This document shows positions 1-10,449 of a DNA stretch of 63,746 bases, one piece after another. The position numbers were made by a program, and so were the translations under genes. The stretch spans positions 1 through 63,746 of the forward strand of contig RHPI01000935.1 of NCBI GenBank assembly GCA_009103225.1. Direction: 5' to 3'. The notes beneath the pieces were generated by a model that saw only the letters and a list, made by a program, of their open reading frames with translations, made no database searches and was not told the origin of the DNA. The number at the start of each line of letters is the position of its first letter. The first letter of the stretch is position 1. The DNA comes from Chlorokybus atmophyticus. Taxonomy: Eukaryota > Plantae > Mesostigma and Chlorokybus algae.

Positions 1-298
1 CCGACGGCACAGCCTGGTTGTGCCGTCTGCGCCGAAGAAGTTGACTGCTTGTGCCGTGAACGGCACGCACTGCAGGCGCCATGTGATATCTGCAGTGGTC
101 ACCCACAACTCGGACCAAGACTCTCCTATCCCATACGATGCGTCTCAGGAAGTAGCCACTGAAGAAATGGCCCACCAGAAACCAGCGGAACGCCGCTGGC
201 GCGCACAGGTGGTCGCACATCTACTATTGACCAGACCACGGCTCACGTCATGGTTCCCTCTCTACAAGGACCAAGCTGTGGTCCAGGAATAACACCAG

Positions 299-1310
299 GT
301 GGCCACTGGAGTAGTGGAGTTTCACGTATCCCGTCACCAACAAGGCATCACCGTGTTGGAACTATTTGGGGGAATAGGTAGTGGCCTCGCCGCTGTCCTT
401 AGCACCGGCGCGACGGTCACCAAGTACTTCTACAATGGCCCTGATCCACACGCACAGATTGCCCTGGGCCACCACCTACGCGACCTAAACAAATGCTACC
501 CGCAGAGACTGCCGCTATCGGCACTATAAGGCAGTTTGAAGGTACTGCCACAAGACATCCGTTTAATCACTGCGGATGGGCAACATCGACCTGCTGATAG
601 CATGATGGGAGTGTCAAGTACACCCCAAAGCAGGCACCGACCAAGGACTCGCTGATTTTCGCTCACGTCTGTTCTGGGAACTGATGCGTGTCATCAAAAT
701 GTTGCGGAGCAACCAACTGTCCAGGCCTCCGAGATACGTTTTTGAGAATGTGCACTCCGAAGACGATGAGCGCCATCACGTGGCCAACAGCATTTGACAG
801 GTGTATTCCTTACTGAGACATCCTCTCTGAATCAACGCAGCGCGGCATGGCTCCCGTGCTCATCGCGTCCACGCCAAGTGGATCAACTTGGCTACAGTCG
901 AGGATCTCTTTGCTGCTAAATATCTGCACATCAGTTGTCCACGCGATCTCACCGTCGACGCTATCTTGGTCTCTGGGCACACAGCACAACCAGTCACCCG
1001 ACACGATTACCAGCACTTCTACCACTGCAACCAGCCTGGTCAACCACGTCGTGCGCTCCCCACTCTGGTGTCTTACCCAGGATCATACGCCTTTCGCAGC
1101 CACGGCGCAGGCATGGTGTTGGATTCCAACACAGGCCAGCTAGAGGAACCCAACGCACGTGAGCGCGAACGCGCCATAGGCTTCTCTCCAGGCTGTATCA
1201 CAGGTTCCGCGCTGACCGACAATCAGCAATGCCAATTGTTGGGACCCGCCATGGATCAGAACATCATGGTATGGTTATTGGAAATGTGCTTTGCTCTCCA
1301 AGACCACCAT
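299..1310 (+). pseudogene. C5-cytosine DNA methyltransferase domain of the retroelement
   Basis: Motif I VLELFGGIGSG (~353-385), QDIR, motif IV IDLLIA*WECQ (WECQ 606-617), motif VI ENV (744-752), motif VIII HGSRAHRVHAKW, motif IX ERERAIGF, motif X LLGPAMD; premature TAA at 527-529 and a frameshift near 575. Confidence 0.88.
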
Positions 1311-1559
1311 GTGTCCTTCCTGGAGCTCGAACACCTGGCAGGGGGGTGGGCCGATCGCGTGCAAGAGACCAAAGCGGCACACACCGCCCTCGAGATCGCC
1401 CATATGGAGGAGCACGCAGCAGTCACTGTGGAAGACATCCCAGTGGTCGCCAATGCCATCTTTTAATCCCATGCCATTGGACCACTGGCTACACGCCAGA
1501 CGCGAGAACAACTGGAGGCTCTACTCAACAAGTGGAGAAGTCAATTCAGTTTTAGCGTA

Positions 1560-2700
1560 AAGGAACCGGGCGTTTGCTCAGCTTACCGAATGGACATTGA
1601 GTTGGTGGACACCGAACCGGTGTTTCGACAACAATACCGACTCTCCAAGTTGGAAGAAGACTTGGTGGAGTAGAGGTGCAAGGCTCTGCTAAATGCAGGC
1701 CTGATTGACGAGTTCACATTGGACTTTGCGGCCGCGACCGTCATGCCCCTGAAGAAGGATTCGGCAGGCAACTGGACAGACCGGCGCATGTGCGGCGACT
1801 ATCGCCCCCTCAACAACAAGACCAAACAAAACAGGTATCCAATGCCTACTGCAGAGGGTATCTTTTATGATGTAGGAGACTGCACCGTCTTCAGCGTCCT
1901 GGATATGCGACAAGAGTACAACCAAATCGCCATTAAGGAGGAGGACAAGCACAAGACCTCTCTCTAAGGCAACCGACAGCTATGCCAGTGGAAGGTCATG
2001 CTCTTCGGACTGAAGAATGCTCCTGCCAAGTTCCAGCGCATCATGGACAATGCCTTGAAGGGGCTGGACTTCGCGCGATGCTACATCGACATTCTCATCT
2101 TCAGTCGCAGTATCGACAAGCACCTGCAGCACATCGAGAAAGTGCTTGAAAGACTCAAGGGGGTGGGGATGACAGTGCATCCCGACAAGTGCACCTTCTT
2201 CACTCGCAAGGTACCCTACCTAGGACACATGATTGTGCCCTACGGTGTGTACGTCCAGTAGGCAAAGGTGGAGGCTTTTGCGGCTATCCCTGCTCTCACA
2301 GACCTTACGCGTCTGCGTGCCTTTCTGGGCCTTGCCAACTACTATCGCCGGTTTGTGAAGGACTTCGCAAAGATCGCGCGACCCCTCAACGAGCTTCTAA
2401 AGAAGGAGGTGGAGTTTGCGTAAAAGGAGCCACAACAGCAGGCGTTTGAGGAGCTAAAGGGCAGGCTCACCACCGCTCCTAACCTGCATCGTCCTGACTA
2501 CAACAAGCCCTTCATTCTCCACACCGACTGAAGCAAGCTTGGGGTGGGGGCTGTGGTAGTACAGCACGATGAGAATAAGAAGGAGCGGGTGGTGTCGTAC
2601 GCCAGCCGAAGCAACAACAGCGCTGAGGCCAACTACAGCAGCTACGAGGGGGAGTGCCTCGCTGCAGTATGGGCTATCTCCTTTTCAGACCTTTTCTCTC
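1560..2700 (+). pseudogene. Ty3/gypsy reverse transcriptase and RNase H (disrupted)
   Basis: IELVDTEPVF, VMPLKK...RMCGDYRPLN, YPMP, SVLDMRQEYNQI, MLFGLKNAPAKFQRIMD, CYIDILIFS (YxDD missing one D codon), KVPYLGH, FLGLANYYRRF, PFILHTD*SKLGVGAV, YASRS...YSSYEGECLAAVWAI. Confidence 0.93.
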
Positions 2701-3183
2701 ACCTTGCTATTGGCAACCTTCACCACATGGAGCTGGAGCCCTGCTCAGCGGCAAAAGGCTTCAGCTGCTGCGCAAGGTGAGAATGGTTAGCTAATAGAGT
2801 ACGAGGCCTGCTATGAGAGCACTGTTTGCAGCAAGCTGCCAATACCCTCATCGACATGCAGCGAGTGTTTTTGCAACAAGCGGGGTTGTTGTGGTGCTTG
2901 TTGTGCTTATTTGTTACAATCAGTCACTTACAGTTCAACTGAAGAAGTTCTGTTCCTCCCAGCTGGCCATTTTATGAGCATACCAAAGAGCATGAGGCCA
3001 GAGGGCAATGTCCTCATCTTTACAAGCGAGGGGAGCCATGGCCAAGCACTTAAGGTAATGCAACCCAACGTTTATCTATGTGTTTACTGCACTGCCGTCA
3101 AGCGCTCTATCAGTCATTTGTACAGTCTTGCCATTTATGGTTGTTCGATTTGCAGGTGCATACCGTATGTGACAGTTCACTAA
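2700..3183 (+). other. Possible spliced host-gene fragment next to the truncated retroelement
   Basis: Exon-like segments with AAG|gtgag and AAG|gtaat donors and a ttgcag acceptor; open frame EEVLFLPAGHFMSIPKSMRPEGNVLIFTSEG; no family recognised. Confidence 0.25.
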
Positions 3184-3264
3184 GCGTAACTAGCTTACTA
3201 AGCTAGTAGTTCAACTTAGCTAGTTACGCTGCTGAGCGCTTACAAGTTGTCAGCGCTTAGCAGC
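3183..3264. repeat. Two adjacent inverted repeats
   Basis: agcgtaactagct (3183-3195) pairs perfectly with 3218-3230; 3228-3240 pairs with 3252-3264 with one mismatch. Confidence 0.8.
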
Positions 3265-3794
3265 TGCATGTTAACAATGGTGACGATGATGTGCCTCAAT
3301 GCGCGCGGTTAACTTCCACTGCTTGAAGAGTAAAGTTACCTTCTTTGCTTGCATATACGCACGAGCGTGCGTGCTTTTAATCCTTTGATGCTTTAATGTT
3401 TTTTTTTTATTCTTTTGAGGTTGTAAATTAGCGCGTTAATGGAGGCATAGACGGCGTTGCCAGCTTTTCCCAATCACATTGAGCGCTGCACATCTGGATT
3501 TGCAGTCTCATTGCACATTACAGCAACAACCAAGGCAGCGGAATGCAGGTGGGTAGTTGTCTTAAAGTTGTTGTGCAGTTATTTCTTTCTCCCTCCGCGC
3601 TTGTGTTCAAACTCATGCAAACACGCGGCCACTTGCACTCACACGCACGAAGCCGCACCTTGTCATATGAGTTTGCTCGTGCTTTGCGTGGTTTGCAACA
3701 TGCTCACTTGCTCTAGTATCCCCCAATCCGACAGGTGCAATCAAAGCCTCCACGCAAGACCACTCCGAGTCGTTTCACTGGAAGTTTAAGACTT

Positions 3795-3843
3795 GGTCTA
3801 AGTCCGGGTCTGATAAAAGTCGGATCAGACCCGGACTTAGACC
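3795..3843. repeat. Perfect 20-bp hairpin with 9-nt loop
   Basis: ggtctaagtccgggtctgat (3795-3814) is the exact reverse complement of 3824-3843. Confidence 0.9.
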
Positions 3844-4184
3844 CACTCTTAGACTTAGTTTAAACCCAGCTGATTGTGGGTCAGGGGTCCACCGCGACAC
3901 AGTTGCGCTTCAGCTGAAGCCAGGATAGTTTTAGCTGTAAGTGTTAGTTGTAGCAGTAGTAGTAGTTGTTGTTGTTATTGTTCAATTAACTAGTCATCCA
4001 TAGTAAAATGGTCCGGAAACTATGCTGGTAACGGGTGGACAGCATGTTGTGACACATAATGATGTATAGTTGTATGTGTGTGGTATTTTACTCATTGCTA
4101 ACCGAAATAGAATAGGGCATTGCTCAGCCTGTGTCATACCAAACAGCAGTGATACAAGCATGTTGGAATTCTTTATGCTTTTAA

Positions 4185-4495
4185 TAATGTGCCAGTGCTG
4201 GCACATTAGGATTGCACCCCTTATTGCCCATACAAATCCAGTGCTGGCACATAAACACTTCATGTGCCAATTCTGACATGAGAGTAATGTGCCAAGCATG
4301 AACTGTTTCAGGACAAATGTTGACTGCATGTTTAGCATGCCTCTCTGGCACCAACCATTTGTGCCACTTACCAATAAGTAGGTTAGCTTAAAACTGGCAC
4401 AAGTGGTTTTGTGTCAATGTTTTGAGGGTTTCAGTTCAAGACCCAAAAGGCAGGTGCCAATACTGGCACAAACGGTTTGTGCCAGTACTGGCACA
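4185..4495. repeat. Cluster of TGGCACA/TGTGCCA motifs and palindromes, probably subterminal repeats of a DNA transposon remnant
   Basis: Motif recurs in both orientations; perfect 18-bp palindrome 4478-4495; 13-bp arms at 4461-4473 and 4475-4487. Confidence 0.6.
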
Positions 4496-5371
4496 GCCTA
4501 CAGGGCCCATATGATTGCAACGTTATTGTCTTGGGCTGAAGGGACTTCAATCTGCTGGGTGTTGCAAGTCTCAGTGGTTGTGCATAAGTTTGCCAAGCTA
4601 TTCAGCAAGTGAGTAAGTATGGAAAACGTCCCAACCCTGAGCTTGAAGCCATTGTGCGCTGAATTAATAAAGTTATCAACTTTACAAAGCGTGTTGCAAC
4701 TATAGTAGGGTACCACGAAATGTTGCGTATGGGTTACAGTCATAAAAAAGAGTAACATTGCAATAACATCATATAACAAGTTAAGTACTCCCGTTAATTG
4801 AAATACTCATGCTGAGCCAATGATCACACTGTGGCTGCTTGTTGTCTCTGAAAGATAACGCAATATGTACAATAAAGTTGGCAAGGCAATTGATAAATCA
4901 ATTGTGTACAAGACAGATTATGAGCAGAGTCCTTTATTTTGCAGCATGCATGCATAATCTAGCTTAAAACACTCTTGAAGCAGTTCGTATAGCGGTTCAA
5001 GAGGACGGCGGCATATAATGCATGCTAGAATTTTATATTTGTGCCATGCGAATAACATCATAAATGTGTTATACATATTATATTTAAGGGTTTCATCACA
5101 TCGTTTATTGTAACGAATAATGGGTTGAAAATCTGTTGAATCTCTACTGACACTTGTATCCCCACTTGCAATCGTAATCAAATCTGTTTAATTGCATTTA
5201 ACAACTGCTTTCCAACTTTATTAGGTGAAATGAACAATTTCGATTGACTTAACACCAATGCTTTTGTAATATATATACATATACTATAGCATTTTGCTTT
5301 TAGATGGCACCATAACGCGTGATTGAAGTTATGCAAGTTACCCGACGTCGTTCATACTGCGAAAGACATTG

Positions 5372-5492
5372 CACACACATATGTATATGTATATATACAT
5401 ATATGTGTGTGTGCATATATATATATATATAAACATATATACATATATGTATGCGTGCATATATATATATACATATATATACACATATATAT
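5372..5492. repeat. Imperfect (TA)n/(CA)n microsatellite
   Basis: Directly visible dinucleotide tract. Confidence 0.85.
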
Positions 5493-6775
5493 ATTTAACA
5501 CGTTATGATGTGATGGCGCTTTAACAGTATCAAACATGGTTTGTTACCTGTTTCATACCATCATAATGACATGTTGATGGTATTCCATCTGTAATAACTG
5601 TGTTGATCACATCATATCACTGCTATGGCCCATTGCAGTGCCATATGCATGGTGTGAGAATTTTTGGATATATTTAAGGGTGTGTGCGGATCACTGTTAC
5701 GTTGTGCGTCATCATGTTGATGGGCTGTGCATATAATATGTTATTGTAGTACACACCAATCACATGCAACAGATGTTATCATATGTTATAATATTGTTTA
5801 TCAATGGATTTATACACCAAAAACTCGAGGTCTAGTCCTTGGATTTGACCCTGACCCCAAATGTAGGTACCATGGTGGGTATGTGGTGGCCATAAGAGTG
5901 GGGGTACCCATATGAACTGAAACATGTGACCATTTTGAGGCAGAAATTAATTAAAGCCCTCCCCCCCGCCCCCCCCTGCCCCCCATTCTTTGGCATTATG
6001 AAGTCTTGTATTTATAGAGCTTGAATACAAGTAGTACACATGATGCAATGGTGCAGGTTCATGTATATATAATACGACATAAACGCAAATATACGTTAAT
6101 CACGCATATAATGCAATTATATGCGTGTGTCCCTGATTGTATGTATGTCTTTGACAAAAAGGTGGATCGCATTTAATCAAGCTGTTATGACATTGAACAA
6201 TATTATTGGAATGGCTGCAGTTTTTATGTTGTATTTGTACGCAATCATATAAACTTAAATGCCGTAACATTGTGAGTTAAGATTGATCATGTCGTTCAAT
6301 ATACATTGAAAATTGTTGTATTGTTTTTAGGTATTACATAGTATGCAGTGTACCAAGTAACCAAAGCAAGAGGTGACGAGTCACTCTCTCTATCATCGCC
6401 ATGAAATCAAGCAGTGAGCTCCAGCTCAAACCAGCAACGGGGCCGCCCCTCAAACAGCGCCAATCCGGCCAACGACGTGCTCGGGAGGTAGATCGGACGG
6501 CACAGCCGGACTTGACTGAAGCGATGGAATGTGAGCCAAACAGTGCAAAAAGCGCAACGCTCAAACACTGCCGGCAGCCGGTTGCGCAGGCCATTGGGAA
6601 ATGGCGGGTTTCGGAGTTGGATAGGGTGCAGGCCATTTCCAGCTGTGCATTGGATCAGGACGCGGGCGTTCGTGGCGACGGTGGTGGCGGCGTCGGCGGC
6701 GGTATCGGTGAGGGTGTGGGTGGCGTAGGCGAGGAGGAGGGAGTTAGGGTTGAACGGTGTGTTTGAGGCGCAAAG

Positions 6776-7796
6776 ATGGCGACCGCAACCGTGCAGTGCC
6801 GCCTGGCCTCAAATGCCCCTGTGGCGGCCGTCCGGGGGGAGACCTCCGGCAGGCGGCTGCCATCGCCCAGCGCACCGTCGGCGCCTCGCTTCCAGCGTGC
6901 CGCCCGACTCATTCTCGCTCAGGCCCGCAATGGCGATGCCGCCCCGTCCTCGTCCATGAAGGCCGCCGCCACCGCTCTCGCACAGGTGGGGTTGGATGGT
7001 TGCTGTCAAGATGGATGGCCCCTGTGCACTAATAAAAGCAATTTGGCATGGCCATGTCTGAGGTGTACGGCGGTTGAGGTTATTGTTGTGTTGCGGTGGT
7101 TTGCAGGCCTTCAACCACAAGGCTTCGCGGCCGCTGGCTGTGCTGGCCGCCAACGTCATCGCAGCCCTGCCAGCGCACGCTGATGCCGGTAAGATCTTCG
7201 ACTTCAACGCCACCCTGCCCGCCATTGTCCTGGAGTTCCTTCTGCTCATGTTTGTCCTTGACAACCTGTGGTTCAAGCCTCTCAGCAAGGTAGGGTTTAA
7301 TTACAAATGCAGCGTAAGGCGTTTTTCACAGTGTGCTGTAGTGTCACATTGTCAAGGCATTGACCCGATCTGTTGCAGGTGCTGGATGAGCGTGATGACA
7401 TGATCCGAAGCAAGGTCGACGGTGTGAAGGACAACAGCTCTGAGATCAACAAGATGCAAAACGAAGCTGCTCAGCTGCTCAAGGCCGCGCGCCTGGATGC
7501 CCAGAAGACTGTGGAGGACATGAAGAAGCAAACAGAGGCCAAGCTCGAGGATGAGGTACATTGGTGGGATTGATTGTATGCCACTTTCATGGTTCTCATC
7601 CTGCAGTATTGCTATTCTCAACATTCTTTATTTGTTACAGGTCTCCAAGGCTCGCGCCAAGGTTGAGAAGGAGCTTGCCGCTGCGCTCGCGAGCCTTCAG
7701 GCCGAGAAGGATAAGAGCCTCAAGTCCCTTGATGAGAAGGTTATTGCGCTTTCAAACACCATTGTTGCAAAGCTGCTCCCAGCTGACTCTCCTTGA
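6776..7796 (+). CDS. atpG: Nuclear-encoded chloroplast ATP synthase CF0 subunit b' (subunit II), 4 exons: 6776-6985, 7107-7289, 7379-7555, 7641-7796
   Basis: Ala/Ser/Arg-rich transit peptide, then AGKIFDFNATLPAIVLEFLLLMFVLDNLWFKPLSKVLDERDDMIRSK and a coiled coil; all introns GT-AG, phase 0. Confidence 0.95.
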
Positions 7797-9048
7797 AGTG
7801 CGTTAGTTAAGTGCCTCCCCCCCAATTTTTTAGAGGATACATCGAGAGTGTATGCTGTTTTAGGCTACACAGCATGCGTGAATATACATAAGGTGTACGA
7901 GTTCTGGCTCTCAGGCTACGCGTCCTGGTAGTCTGTTATTAAACTGCTGCCATGCTGTGTCATGCATGTTCCAGCACCAGGTGCCTTGCAAATTGTAGCA
8001 ACTCGCAATGCATGCCCCGGGTGGTGTCCATGGATGTGGCATCAGTGTTTTGACGTTCCTGCCAAGAAAAGTTGTGCTTGCGCCTTATCTTCTAGTGTCC
8101 GTACCGATCTAAGCTGTTGGCGTCCACCATAGCTGTTGGTCCTGAGGTTATGTTGATGTGGTGGCATTTTGTCATTGGGTCACAACTGAAATACTGGTAT
8201 CTGAGTGATGTTGCAGCTTGGCCGGTGCACTGATGCTCGAGTATGTATGCTAGCTGCATTGACGCGTTTCTCCTCTTGCATTGGTCCAGCTAACTTGCGT
8301 GGCTTCTGAAAGCCATGCACGAGTAAGTACTTTGACAGGCGTGTTGCCCAGTGCATACCACATGACTACGTGTACAGGGCAGGCAGATACGCATGCTAGC
8401 ATGGTAGCATTTGCAGTTCATTGTCTCATGCTTGTACACGACATGCAGGCAATTCACCATCATTGTCCACAATCACAGCATGCAACCATCAACACCATCT
8501 TTATCACCGTCAAGCTGTGTGCTACGTCTACTCAGCTCTACCCTAACATGCATGACCCCAAGCAATCTCACAGTTGTGATACCTGCCCACAGGTGTCACC
8601 ATTGCGAACTGCAGCTGTTGGTGACAATGAAGCATATGCTTGAAGTAGTTTCCGCAATTACTCAAATTAGGCAATGTAGTGCAGAAGATACTGGGTTGCT
8701 GCAGGCAGAAAACGCAAATGCCAGTTGTCAACTTGCAACCATCATCATCCATGCAGACAATCATTGTTCGCTGCAGTGCTGTTCACAAATTCCACAAAAC
8801 CTTATCAATGTCTTTGCTTATGCCCCGCCACTTGGGGCAAAAACACAGGGAGATAATAAAGAGATTGCAAACCCTTGGACGGTAGTTCCAACTTGACGAC
8901 CGTTCTCTCCTCTTCAGTATAAAGTGCACACTAGTTGGAGCCCCCAAACCTTGCAATCTGGTCGCCAACTAACAACAGCTTGTAAAGTCACCATCATGCA
9001 ATCACCAGTCCTTGTTCAAGTGCGGACATCTGCTTTCTTTCTTCTCGC

Positions 9049-9880
9049 TTACTCCTCTTCTCTCTCAGGAGGCAAGCCGCAAGGCAGTAGCATCTTCTGC
9101 AAGAGGAAACAGCCCAACAGTTACAGGTATACTACTCTAGCATCTGACTATCAGCGCCTCTAGTACCACACATGCGCAATATCAGAAAGAAAGCCCTGGG
9201 ATACCAAATTACAAAGCACCTGCAGAAAGTTATACTTCATGCGGCCGACGGCTTCGTTCTCGGCAATGGCAAAGTACGAGAGCATGGGGTAATGCCCAAT
9301 GTAAGATGCATAGCTGTCCCTTTGAATGTTAACGGCCCACTCGCTGCCATATGAAGAGTCAGTATCAAGCTTATCAACAAACATGTGTCATATGATACAT
9401 AAAGCACCAATGCAATGCACAACTTTGCAAAAATAACATGACACTTACAATCTGTTCAAGTCAGCATGGCCGGTGCCAACATACTTTGCCTGCAGATGCT
9501 CAAGCTGCGTGTTGATGTTGAACCGGTCGCTGGCCTGCAAGACAAGTGTGTATGTGCATGCGTGCATATGTCTGCGCGTGCATGTATGTGAGACTCTGGC
9601 AGGATTGCAGCTGTAACCATGAAGCCTTCAATACGAGCAAGGGATGCTGCTGTGCAAAACATTTGTATCTGCAATGGCCAGCATCAACATTGACCGATCA
9701 GACAGCGTGACGTAATATACACCACCACCCAACAGGCATACACACACGGCATGCAACGCAAAAGAAAGGGGAGCCAACGGCGGAGCTGCCACAACTACCA
9801 GCTGAAACCGTATCTAGAAGGCCTGCACTTGACTGAAAGACCAAAGGCGCTTACTTTGTATGAGCTTACTGTACCTGCAT
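9049..9880 (-). CDS. SF3B5: Splicing factor 3B subunit 5 (SF3b10), 4 exons: 9880-9875, 9534-9449, 9343-9220, 9096-9049
   Basis: Spliced product MQASDRFNINTQLEHLQAKYVGTGHADLNRFEWAVNIQRDSYASYIGHYPMLSYFAIAENEAVGRMKYNFLQKMLLPCGLPPEREEE* matches the plant SF3b10 sequence type. Confidence 0.97.
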
Positions 9881-10449
9881 GGCTGCTTTCTCTCTGGGTT
9901 GGCTGCGCCTGGCTTGGGGCTAGCTCGGTGCTCACTTCTCAGCCAGTCGCTGCTGACACCTACAACACTAAATCAGCTTGCGGAGAAGCTGACACACTCA
10001 TTCAAGTCAATCGCAAAGGTCAGAGGACCACCTTCCCCAGCTAAGCTATACACACACACGAGTAACAAAGCAACCACCGCCTGTGAGGGACACTCTCTCC
10101 ACCTTCACCCGCCGTCGCCGCCTCTCACAGCAGCACTGCGCACTGATGTGTTGCACTAGACTCTACTTGCCCAAGCAGCCTGCCACGTGGCGTGCTTGAA
10201 GCCACCGTCGCCGTCGCCGCCACCAACGCCGTAACGAGAGAGGTGCACAAGCATAAGTGGTATGTTTTTTGTTGTTGGTAGCTGATGGTGGCTTCAAGGC
10301 TGGAGGCGGAGGGGGCGGCAACTTCAAGGGCATGGTAGCAACTGAGGAACTTGACGACGACGAGGAGGACGACGACGACAAGGACGATCTGGACAAGGAC
10401 GAACAGTTGGAGCAGCTAATCTCTTAGTTTTAATCTCTTGGTTATAGTC

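Larger units (their letters stand above)
1..2700 (+). mobile_element. Degenerate Ty3/gypsy LTR retrotransposon carrying a C5 DNA methyltransferase (copy 1; begins before the window, 3'-truncated in RNase H)
   Basis: Collinear DNMT, RT and RNase H motifs with stops and frameshifts; homologous over its length to 60500-62250. Confidence 0.92.

Noticed and set aside
2940-2975. JmjC-like LFLPAG motif
   Set aside because: Lacks the following W-F/W-H iron-binding residue and any upstream HxD
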